Shown: positions 30,975 through 40,128 of the stretch, piece by piece
How positions within the stretch are numbered: position 1 is the first letter of the stretch
Layout: every line of letters begins with the position of its first letter
Assembly: GCA_963836205.1 (NCBI GenBank)
Contig: CAWIIV010000020.1
Location: forward strand, 32,001-96,000
DNA from: an uncultured Acidimicrobiia bacterium
Lineage (GTDB): Bacteria > Actinomycetota > Acidimicrobiia > Acidimicrobiales > AC-14
Reading direction: 5' to 3'
Length of the DNA: 64,000 nucleotides
Program-made: the position numbers and the translations under genes
Notes under the pieces: model-generated
Told to the model about the DNA's origin: nothing
Database searches by the model: none
Seen by the model: the letters and a program-made list of their open reading frames with translations, nothing else

Positions 30975-31020
30975 ATCGTGGCGCGAATTACAAGCACGTA
31001 GCCCGTAGGATCGCCGGGAG

Positions 31021-31992
31021 ATGCCCGAAACCCTCGAGCTTCCGCCCCGGCTCGACCTCCCCCTCTTCGCCTACGGACTGCTCAAGCCCGATCAGCCGGC
31101 CTACGGCGGTGTGGTCGCGCCGGTCGTGGCCGTCGCCTCGCCCGCCCGTCTCGACGGCGGCGGCCTGCGCTACCGCGACGGGTTGCCCGTCCTCGACCCC
31201 GAGGGCACGGCCGGCGTCGAGGGTGCCGTCCTCCGCTTCGCCCATGGCGAGGAGCGGGCCGCCTACGACGCCGTCTGCGGCTTCGAGCCCCGCCACCAGT
31301 ACCGGTGGTACATCACCGACGCCCGGGTGGGCGACGACAGGTCGGTGCGGGTCAACGTCCTCCAGGGTCGCCACCCGGAGCGGGGCGTGGCCGACGAGTG
31401 GTTCACGTCGTGGTCGGCCGACGCCGATCCCCTCCTCCGCTTCGGGCTCCACGCCGTCCGCCGGGCCGCGCTCGACCACGCGGTCACCGCCTTCCCCGCG
31501 CTGCCCGGCGACAGCGCTGCGCTCTGGAACCGCTTCTACGGGCTGCAGTCCTCCTACCTGCTCCTTTGGGCGGCGGTCGAGCGCTACGCCGCCATCGCCT
31601 GCTCCCCCGGCGACGAGCCCCTCACCCGGGTCTTCCGGCTGGGCGACGACCCGTCGTTCAAGGAAGCCGTGGTCGCGGCCGGAGTCGCCCCCCTGCCCAA
31701 GACCGCCGATGCCCGCGACCCGGGCCGGTCACGGCGCATCCGGGAGGACGGCACCGGCGCCATGTACGCCTGGGAGTCGGTGCGGGCCACGCTCGGGCAC
31801 CCCGGCCGCACCGCGTTCGTCGAGGGGACGCTGCTGCGGCGATCGCTGGTGGAGCTGCACGACACCCTCCGCCTCCTGCTCCTGACCCGCCTGCCGGGCG
31901 TGGCCGACACCTGGCGCGACGTCGACCCCGACGGTGCGGTCCACCAGTGGCTGCTCCGGCCGGTGGTGTCGCCGGACGGCCTGAGCCCGTGA
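31021..31992 (+). CDS. GGCT-like domain fused to a putative HEPN-like helical domain
   Basis: LFAYGLLKP (GGCT-like start); LQSSYLLLWAAVERY helix; RATLGH fits R-x4-H. Confidence 0.55.
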   Translation: MPETLELPPRLDLPLFAYGLLKPDQPAYGGVVAPVVAVASPARLDGGGLRYRDGLPVLDPEGTAGVEGAVLRFAHGEERAAYDAVCGFEPRHQYRWYITDARVGDDRSVRVNVLQGRHPERGVADEWFTSWSADADPLLRFGLHAVRRAALDHAVTAFPALPGDSAALWNRFYGLQSSYLLLWAAVERYAAIACSPGDEPLTRVFRLGDDPSFKEAVVAAGVAPLPKTADARDPGRSRRIREDGTGAMYAWESVRATLGHPGRTAFVEGTLLRRSLVELHDTLRLLLLTRLPGVADTWRDVDPDGAVHQWLLRPVVSPDGLSP

Positions 31993-32483
31993 GTCGGGGG
32001 TCGAACCTCGGTCGCACCGCGCTGGCGGTGGCCGCGGCCGCAGGCGTGGCCGGCCTGCTCACCTACACCCCGCCGCAGACCGAGTTGCAGACGGCGAGCC
32101 CGACCCCGGACCGGGCTCGGCCGATCGTGTCCGGCCCCTTCACCGCCACCCCCGCCTCGGTGCCGTTCCCGGTGGACGCGGCTCCGGTCACCACCGCGAC
32201 CACCGCCGCCCCGGCCATCGTCCCCCCGGCCGTCCCGCCTGTCACCGAGCCCCCGCCGCCCCCGCCCACCGAGGTGGCACCGGAGCCTGCGCCCCCGCCG
32301 GACGTTCCTCCGCCCGCTCCTCGGGCCACATACGCCCCGACCTACACGTACACCGAGCCCGAGCCGGAGCCGGAAGCCGCCCCGCCGGACGACTCCGGCG
32401 ACAACTGCGCCAACTTCGGCGACCTGCTCACCCTCCTCGACGACCCCGAGTTGCGGACAGCCGTCTCCACCGTCGGATGCTGA
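31989..32483 (+). CDS. Hypothetical Pro-rich exported protein
   Basis: GTG overlaps the upstream stop; hydrophobic N-terminus, Pro/Thr-rich, C-terminal Cys pair. Confidence 0.6.
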   Translation: MSRGSNLGRTALAVAAAAGVAGLLTYTPPQTELQTASPTPDRARPIVSGPFTATPASVPFPVDAAPVTTATTAAPAIVPPAVPPVTEPPPPPPTEVAPEPAPPPDVPPPAPRATYAPTYTYTEPEPEPEAAPPDDSGDNCANFGDLLTLLDDPELRTAVSTVGC

Positions 32484-32552
32484 CCCCGACTCGTCGGTGG
32501 GCCCGGTCACCTGAGCTGGGCGAGGAGCTCGTTTGCCGGGTCGCCGAGGGCC

Positions 32553-34016
32553 TCAGCCGCCGCGCAGGAGGCCGTCGAGGACCAGAACGGGCCCGACCAG
32601 GAACATCATGTACAGCGCGAACGCGATCCCGGTCATGGCCACGGAGATGCCGAGCATGAGGGCGTAGAACAGCACCACCAGCGGCCCGCCGACCAGCACG
32701 AGCACCACCTTGGCGCCCGCGCCCAGACGACGAGGGCCCTCGTCGAACTCGACGGTCGCACCCAGAGCACGCAGGTGGGCGAGGCGGCGGCCCATCTTCG
32801 GCTGGAAGCCGGCGAGCGGGGAATCGTGCTTCGGGTCGGCTGGCTCCGACGCCTGGGGCCCGACCACGAACAGGTGGGCCACCGACTCGGTACCGGGGAG
32901 GACGCCGCCGCACTCGGTCAGAGCGACCAGGCCCGCGGCCAGGCCGTCCGGGTAGCGGGTCAGCTCCACCGCGGAGGCGTCGGCCAGCGCCGACCGAGCC
33001 CGCCACGCCCGCCGGACGAGCGGGTTCACCAGGAACAACGAGAAGAGAAGCTGGTTCATCACGAACGCCAGCTGGGCCGCCATCAGCGGCAGCAGCAGCA
33101 CGCTCAGGCACCCCTTGGCCTCGACCGTCTCGCCCCCGCCGCCGCCTTGGGCCTGGAGCAGGGCCAGGGCCACCTCCTTCGCCTGCTCCGGGTTCTGGGC
33201 GGCGGCCCGGGGGCGGGCGAGCAACCGGAGGGTGGGCCCGAGCGCCCGGCGGGCCCGACGGTCGGTGGGGGCGGTCAGCACCGCCGAGCACAGGCCGAGC
33301 GTGTAAGAGAGGCTGGCGATGGTGCGGGCGATGGCCAGGTCGCCGTTGCCGATCCGACCCACCAGATGGGCGACGACCCCTTGCGTCTCCTCCCGACCGA
33401 GCCCGTCGAGCAGTCCTCGCGAAACGACCACCGCCGCATCGTCCGGGGAGGTGCCGGTGACGGCGGCGTTGGCGACGGGTGAGTCGACCACGTGGACGCT
33501 CGGCGGCGGTAGACCACCCGCCAGGGCGATCTCGGCCACCACGTTCACCAACTGGCGCTCCTCCAGGTCACCCGGGCGGGGCGGGCGGGCGCCCATGGCC
33601 AGCAGCTCGGCAGGCGTGCCCGCGTGCCGGAACAGGCGACGGACGGCCACCCAACAGCCGGTCAGCGCCACCGCGCCCGGCACGACCAGGACGACCACCA
33701 GGGTGATGACGAGCCGAGGGACGTCGTCCACCTGGTTGCCATCCATCGCGACGCGGAAGGGGCGGAGGAGGTCGGGCGTGTGGACCACCAGGTTGGCCAG
33801 GTCGTTGAGGATGACGACCACGGCCACGAGGAGCGGGGAGAGGGCGGCGCTGAGGGGGATGCCGATGACGGCAACTGCGGCCGCGCACGCCACGCTCCAT
33901 CGCCAACTGGCGCGCCGGTGGCGGCGCTGGGCGCGGTCGAAACTCTCACGGTCGACCGGACCCGGTACCGCCCGCCACTCACTCGCCGGCTGGCGGTCGG
34001 AGTCGTCCATGACCAA
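32553..34016 (-). CDS. M48/HtpX-like membrane protein with degenerate zinc site
   Basis: ERQLVNVVAEIA...NAAVTG...VSRGLL; HEXXH replaced by HLVGR; ADASAVELTRYP. Confidence 0.8.
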   Translation of the reverse strand: MVMDDSDRQPASEWRAVPGPVDRESFDRAQRRHRRASWRWSVACAAAVAVIGIPLSAALSPLLVAVVVILNDLANLVVHTPDLLRPFRVAMDGNQVDDVPRLVITLVVVLVVPGAVALTGCWVAVRRLFRHAGTPAELLAMGARPPRPGDLEERQLVNVVAEIALAGGLPPPSVHVVDSPVANAAVTGTSPDDAAVVVSRGLLDGLGREETQGVVAHLVGRIGNGDLAIARTIASLSYTLGLCSAVLTAPTDRRARRALGPTLRLLARPRAAAQNPEQAKEVALALLQAQGGGGGETVEAKGCLSVLLLPLMAAQLAFVMNQLLFSLFLVNPLVRRAWRARSALADASAVELTRYPDGLAAGLVALTECGGVLPGTESVAHLFVVGPQASEPADPKHDSPLAGFQPKMGRRLAHLRALGATVEFDEGPRRLGAGAKVVLVLVGGPLVVLFYALMLGISVAMTGIAFALYMMFLVGPVLVLDGLLRGG

Positions 34017-34159
34017 ACCGTGCCACGCCGAGTTGCAGCGCGCGGGATCGAAAGAGTCGTACTACCACGACCCCGAAGTGGGGCTCCCACCATCGACCCC
34101 GAACCGCCCATCGCATTTGCTACGTACCACCAGCAATTCCGAAAAACAGGAGATGCGTC

Positions 34160-35551
34160 ATGGGCAACGGGACTTCGAACGACCGGCAGCGGGCAGTCGT
34201 GATCGGCGCCAGCATGGCCGGACTGAGCGCGGCCGCCGTGCTCGCCAGCCGGTTCGACAACGTCGTCCTCGTCGACCGCGACGCGCTCCCCGAGACACCC
34301 GCCGACCGCCGGGGTGTGCCGCAGGGGCGCCACGCCCACGGGCTTCTGCCCGCCGGCCTCAAGCGCATCGAAGGTTGGTTCCCCGGCTACAACGACGCCC
34401 TGGTGGCCGACGGTGCCCTCCAACTCGACTTCGCCGACGACATCCTCTGGGTCCACCCCGATGGCGCACGGGTCCAGTTCGAGTCGGGTGTGACCGGGCC
34501 GGTCTGCTCGCGAGCCCTGATCGAGCACCACCTGCGGCGGCGGGTGCTGGCCCTGCCCAACGTCAGCGTCCGCAGCGGCTCGGGGGTGACGGGCCTCACC
34601 TCGACCCCTGATGGGCGCACCGTCACCGGCGTCACGTTGGAGGACGGGTCCAACCTGCCCGCCGACCTCGTGGTCGACGCCTCCGGGCGAGCCGGGCGAT
34701 CGGTGCCGTCGTTGGCGGCGATGGGCTACGACGAGCCGCCGATGTCGGTCGTCACCATCGACATGAGCTACGCCAGCCGGGTCTTCCGCCGCCGCCCCGG
34801 CGTGGAGCAGACCTGGGAGGGCACCCTCGTCGTGGCCCCTCCGCCCAGCGGCCGCCAGGGTGTCGTCCTCCCCCTGGAGGGTGACCGGTGGATGGTCACG
34901 CTCGCCGGCTTCCACGGCGACCACCCGCCCCGCGACGCGGCCGGGTTCCTCGCCTTCGCCCGCGACCTTCCCTCGCCCGCCGTGGCCGAGGTGATCGAGA
35001 CGTGCGAGCCGCTCGGTGAGATCGTCACCCACCGACTCCCGTCGAACCAGCGCCGCCACGTCGAGAAGCTGCGCCGGGTCCCCGGTGGACTGGTGATGGT
35101 GGGCGACTCGGTGTGCAGCTTCAACCCCGTCTACGGCCAGGGGATGTCGAGCGCCACCCTTCAGGCCGAGGCCCTCGGTGAGGCCCTCGACGACATGTCC
35201 ACGCTCGACGAGCGCTTCGTCCGGAAGTTCTACCGCCGGACGGCCAAGGCGATCACGCCCGTGTGGCAGATGTCGACCGGCGCCGACTTCTCCCTGCCCG
35301 AGACGCGCGGCCCGAAGGCCCCCGGCACCGACGCCATCAACCGCTACATGGCCAAGGTCCTGCGGGCGTCCCGGGTCTCGGAGGAGGTCTGCCTCCGGCT
35401 GGTCGAGGTGACCACGCTTCTCCGCCCGCCGTTCGCCCTCATGACCCCCGCCATGATCATGAAGGTCCGGCGAGCTGCTCGAATCGAGGTCCCCCCGGCG
35501 CTCGTCGTCGACCGCCAGGAGGCGGAGCCCCAACACCGCAAGGTCGCCTGA
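34160..35551 (+). CDS. FAD-dependent monooxygenase/oxidoreductase
   Basis: VIGASMAGL, GVPQGRHAH, DASGR, GDSVCSFNPVYGQGMS. Confidence 0.9.
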   Translation: MGNGTSNDRQRAVVIGASMAGLSAAAVLASRFDNVVLVDRDALPETPADRRGVPQGRHAHGLLPAGLKRIEGWFPGYNDALVADGALQLDFADDILWVHPDGARVQFESGVTGPVCSRALIEHHLRRRVLALPNVSVRSGSGVTGLTSTPDGRTVTGVTLEDGSNLPADLVVDASGRAGRSVPSLAAMGYDEPPMSVVTIDMSYASRVFRRRPGVEQTWEGTLVVAPPPSGRQGVVLPLEGDRWMVTLAGFHGDHPPRDAAGFLAFARDLPSPAVAEVIETCEPLGEIVTHRLPSNQRRHVEKLRRVPGGLVMVGDSVCSFNPVYGQGMSSATLQAEALGEALDDMSTLDERFVRKFYRRTAKAITPVWQMSTGADFSLPETRGPKAPGTDAINRYMAKVLRASRVSEEVCLRLVEVTTLLRPPFALMTPAMIMKVRRAARIEVPPALVVDRQEAEPQHRKVA

Positions 35552-35620
35552 TCGCACCGGCCGCGGAGGCCGGCAGTCGTCATCATCGAGTGCTTCTGTC
35601 GCATCATGGTATGAACGCCC

Positions 35621-36439
35621 TTCGAGGATGTCATCCGGGCCAACCTCGACGCCGGCCGGCCCGACCAGGTGTCGCTCACCTTCGGGCGACGGATCCCAAG
35701 CCGACGCTGAAGCGATTCCGGTTCCGGACCAGAGTTCTCACCGAGGGGGTCATCCCGTCGGTCCACGTCGACTACAAGCACTCCCGGATCAAGCAGTACT
35801 TCAAGAAGGAGATCGCCCTTCGCACGGAGACGACCGTCAACGACACCCGCGACTTCGGGATCGGCAAGCGGCTGACCAACCTGCCCGCCCTGCGGCAGGT
35901 CGGCTTCCCCGCCAACCGGCGCCTCCTCCAGGTGCAACGAACCAGCAGCGACCCCATCCTCGGAGCCGACACCTACAACCGCGTCGCCTACCCGTCCACG
36001 TCGAGGGCCAGCGCGTCCCCGCCCGCGCTTCGACCACCCCGTCACCCAGGCCCTGTTCGGCGCGCTCGTCGTCTGCCACCTGCTGCCCACCGGTTTCGCC
36101 AACCGCGACCTGCGAGGCTTGCTCGCACCCCTGCTCGGCGTCCCCGCCGAGACCATGACCCCGGGCCGCATGACCTATCACCTGCGCCGGCTCCGCCTCC
36201 ACGGGCTCATCGAGCGGATCCCCCACACCCACCGCTACACCGTCAACGACTTCGGCCTCAACGCCGCCGTCGTGCTGCACCGCGCCCATGCCCGGTTCAC
36301 CGCCACCGCCATGGCCGACCTGGCCACCAACCCCAGGGGCGACCCCGACGGCAAGCTCCGACGCGCCATCGCCAACCTCGACCGCGAGCTCGACCGGATA
36401 GCCAAGCAGTCCGGCTTCACCCTCAGTCCCGCGGCCTGA
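35621..36439 (+). pseudogene. 5'-truncated, frameshifted remnant of an unclassified transposase-like gene with C-terminal winged helix
   Basis: FEDVIRANLDAGRPDQV, KQYFK..ALRTETTVND, GFANRDLR, YHLRRLRLHGLIERIPHTHRY spread over several frames. Confidence 0.65.
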
Positions 36440-36556
36440 CCCAACTCGGTCCGAGGGAATCGGTCTCAGAACTTGACTCACCGACGACAGAACATGGAGG
36501 TCAAGCTTCCTAGTTCACCGCGGACTCGGCCACCGGCGGCCGCAAATCGCTGACCG

Positions 36557-38025
36557 TCAGCGGGCCTGCGACCCGTCCTCCCGAGCCCAGGCGACGACGA
36601 GGTCACCGATCTGGTTGCCGGCGCCCAGCGACACCGAGTCGTAGCGCCAGTGGATGCCCCCGAGCAGCCGTGACTCGGCCTGGTCCGTGGCCCGCTGCTC
36701 GAACGTGGCCGCGTCGGCGGGGAAGAGGTAGGTCATGACCGCCTGCGCCGCGCCGGCATATCCGGCGCTGCCCGAGGGGTAGGCGGGGAACAGCGGCGTG
36801 CCGAGCAACGGCGTCCAGTCCGGGTCGAGGCCCAGGTCGCGGATGGCGTTGATCGGACGGGGGCTCCAGTAGGTGTACTTGGCGTCCCACGCCGATATGC
36901 CGGCGTCGGCCAGGGCGATGGTGACGAGGGTGACCGCCCGCACCGCGTCGGGCACGCTCAGCCCGCCCGCCTCGATTTCGGCGGTGGCCGCCTTCAGCAC
37001 GTCGGCCGCGTTCACTTCGAGGGTGATGCCTCCGGGGAGCTTCGTCCCCTGGCCACCCTCGTAGAACCGGGCCAGCGCAGCCTGGTCGGGGGTGAGGTTG
37101 GTGCGGATGTCGATCAGCTTCCTGGGCCGCGGCGACGAAGTCGGGGGACCCGTAGACAGGCGGGGGCGGCGGCCGGAACATGCTGTTGGACGTCATCACC
37201 CACGCCTTCCAGGTGCCGGCGGCGGGGTCGACGGGCGGGGACACGCTGCCGGGCGGGGGCTCCCAGAACTCCGGGCCGCCTCCGATCCCGGAGGGACGCC
37301 GACCGTCCCATGGCGTGCCCGCGCCGTCGGTGCGGGCGTGGTCGATCCACCGGTCGGCCACCTCCCGGCCGAGCTCCAGGCCGGCGGCGACGTCGCTCGG
37401 CGTGTTGACACCGGCCTGCACCCGGGACCGGGCCGCCTGCTCCGCGGTCTCGTCGAGGCGCAGCGCCGACTCGCTCGGGTAGAGGTGGGCCAGGATCCTT
37501 GACGCGGCCCCGGCGATGGCCGCGTGTTCCGACGGGTAGGACGGGTCGGCCCCGGCCGGGATCACCGGGTCGGAACCGGTCGGAGGCATCACGTCGTACT
37601 GGTGCTTCCAGTAGTAGGCGGAGACCATGGCGTCGTACATCGCCCCGTGGACGAGGGCGTAGTTGCGGGTCGACAGGGGCGGGTTCTTGACCTGGTTGGA
37701 GACGAAGGTGAAGGCCGTCGTCATCCACGGCTCGGTCGGCATCGGACCGCTCCACCTGTGGACGGCCTCCACGATCGCCGGCGTGCGCTCGCCCGACGAG
37801 CCGCCTGACCTCGGCCAGGTCGGCCTCGGCCCGGTCCGAACCCGATTCCGGCGGTGGGGGGACGGCGATCGCCGACGACGAGACGACCCAGGTCCTCCAG
37901 CTCCCGATGCTGGGCTCGGCCACCGAACGCTCGTCGTCGTCACCGCCGCAGGCGGCCATGGCGCCAGCGAGCAGGAGACAGGAAACGAGTCCCGCCGTCC
38001 ACCGCAGCCGACCGGTCCCGGGCAT
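36557..38025 (-). CDS. Lipoprotein with tandem PAP2/vanadium haloperoxidase-like domains; frameshifts near 37800 and 37120
   Basis: Lipobox AMAAC; PSYPSEH..SRVQAGVN and KYTYWSPRP..PAYPSGS..SRLLGGIH. Confidence 0.75.
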
Positions 38026-38153
38026 GGACGGGAGCGTAGGAGAACGGGGCTCGGCCCGCGGTGGTAGCCGCGCTCCACCGCGGCGCAATCCAAGTGGAGG
38101 TCTTGGCCGTATCTCAGCCGGCAACCGCTCGGGCGAGACAAGAGGAGAGCTGG

Positions 38154-39086
38154 ATGACCCTTCGACGGACTGCTGCGGTCGTGTGCATCCTTGCGCTCAG
38201 CGCCATCGTGGACGCCGCGCCCACGGCCGCTGCCCCAAAGGACCGAGCCGCGCCCAAGGCGCCGACCAACCTCCGCATCACCGCGTCGACGGCCACCAGC
38301 GTCACGCTGGCCTGGAACGCATCGACCGACAACTCGTCGAACTGGTGGTACTGCGTGCAGAACGGTGGCGCCGGATGCATCCGGGTCGATCCGCCGCAGA
38401 CCACGCTGACGCGCACGCAGCTCCTCCCCGACCGCACGTTCTCGTTCTCCGTCTATGCCATCGACGCGGTAGGCAACCGATCCGCGAACAGCAACACCGT
38501 CACCTACACGACACCGCCCGATACGACGCCGCCCAGCCCGCCACCGGCGCTGTCGCTCACAGCCGTCCACCCCGTGCGCATCTCGGTGGCGTGGACGGCG
38601 TCGACCGACAACCTGAGCCAGGTCTGGAACACGCTGTACATGAACGACTCTCCTGTGTTTCCCGACCAGATCGGGCTTCGGTCGGCGACGCTCTTCTACC
38701 TCACCCCCTCGACCACGTACGTGTTCAAGGTGACGGCCCGGGACGCGTCGGGCAACACGGTCACCAGCAACATCCTGTCGGTGACGACCCCGGCGGCGAC
38801 CGACGTCGTCGCGCCGACGGCGCCGACCAACCTCACGTTGTCGCCGGAGACCTCTTCGCCCGAGATCTGGCTGGACTGGACCCCGTCGAGCGACAACGTG
38901 GACCCGCAGTCGCAGATCCTGTACGAGATCTACCAGAACGGGGTGCGCACGACCGACGGGGGCATCGGCGCCGCCGAGGGGATCACCTTCTGCCGGTTCA
39001 CCGGGCCGATCGAGGTCGTCCTCCGCGCCGTCGACACGTCCGGGAACCGGTCAGGGCCGAGCAACGCCATCATGTTCGTCTGCTGA
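38154..39086 (+). CDS. Secreted fibronectin type III repeat protein
   Basis: Signal peptide; three APTNL..LAWxASTDN..Y...AxDxxGNxS repeats. Confidence 0.88.
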   Translation: MTLRRTAAVVCILALSAIVDAAPTAAAPKDRAAPKAPTNLRITASTATSVTLAWNASTDNSSNWWYCVQNGGAGCIRVDPPQTTLTRTQLLPDRTFSFSVYAIDAVGNRSANSNTVTYTTPPDTTPPSPPPALSLTAVHPVRISVAWTASTDNLSQVWNTLYMNDSPVFPDQIGLRSATLFYLTPSTTYVFKVTARDASGNTVTSNILSVTTPAATDVVAPTAPTNLTLSPETSSPEIWLDWTPSSDNVDPQSQILYEIYQNGVRTTDGGIGAAEGITFCRFTGPIEVVLRAVDTSGNRSGPSNAIMFVC

Positions 39087-39132
39087 CGGCTGGGTTGGCC
39101 GGAGGACGTCCCCCCCTCGACGGTGGAGGGTC

Positions 39133-40128
39133 TCACGACATCTGCAACGGGCGGCCGCCGCGGGAGGGGACCGCGGTGAGGAACTTCGGGACGCGCCCGC
39201 CGGGCCAGACTGACGTGACCGCGGCTCGGACCGGGCTCAGACGGTCGACGGGGACCAGCGCGGTGAGGCAGCCGCCGGGCAGCGTGCCCGCGCCCAGCGC
39301 GCCGGCGGCACAGGCGGCGTCGGCCACCGCCTGCACCACCGAGTCGCCCGCCAACGACCTCGCCCGGCCGAGCATGGGGCCGAGGCCGGCCACGTCGCCC
39401 TGCCGAAGCACATCCACCGCGGCCAGCGCCAGGTCAGCCGCACCCGCGACCGGATCGCTCGCGACCACCTTGCCCACGTCGATGATCACGAGCCGCAGTC
39501 CGGCACCGGCCAGGTCGAACGGCAGCGGCTCCAGCGTCATCTCCTGCCGGTCGACCAACAGGGCCGTGCCGTCGGGTGCGGAGGAGGCGGCCAATTGCGC
39601 GGCGAGGTCGCCCAACGGCGCCCGTTGGGCCAGGGTCAGCTCGGCCCCGAACAGCTGGGCGAGGGCGGATGCGACCACCGCCGCCAGCGCGATTTCGGAC
39701 TGCATCCCGGCTCCCTCGGGCAACGCCGTGCCGACGAGCAGCGACATGCCGCCCAGGGGGTGACCGGCTGCCCTCGCCGCCGACACCACGGCCAGCGGGC
39801 AGGCGGCCCAGGCGGGCAGGTCGTCGTCGAGCTCGTCGAGGGGCCGGATGAGCTCCTTCCCCGCCTGGCTGCCCGAGCGGAGCTCGATCCTGCCGTCGGA
39901 CCGGGTGGCCGCGGCCACGGTGGCCCCCCACTTCATGGGCATGGCCAGGGCGAAACGGTCGTCGAGCTCCCCGAACACGGTCAGGCCGCCGGCACCGAAG
40001 GTCATCAGCGTCGCCTTGTGCCCGAAGACCTGTTCGTAGAGGAAGGCGGTGAGACGAAGCTCGGGGTCGGCGTCGGAACGGAAGGCGAGGTCGACGGTGT
40101 CGGCGATACCGGTCGGCGCCGGCATCAC
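39133..40128 (-). CDS. Galactokinase-like GHMP protein, degenerate motifs
   Basis: GGLTVFGE, WAACP, LPEGAGMQS, GALGA..GGC. Confidence 0.7.
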   Translation of the reverse strand: MMPAPTGIADTVDLAFRSDADPELRLTAFLYEQVFGHKATLMTFGAGGLTVFGELDDRFALAMPMKWGATVAAATRSDGRIELRSGSQAGKELIRPLDELDDDLPAWAACPLAVVSAARAAGHPLGGMSLLVGTALPEGAGMQSEIALAAVVASALAQLFGAELTLAQRAPLGDLAAQLAASSAPDGTALLVDRQEMTLEPLPFDLAGAGLRLVIIDVGKVVASDPVAGAADLALAAVDVLRQGDVAGLGPMLGRARSLAGDSVVQAVADAACAAGALGAGTLPGGCLTALVPVDRLSPVRAAVTSVWPGGRVPKFLTAVPSRGGRPLQMS

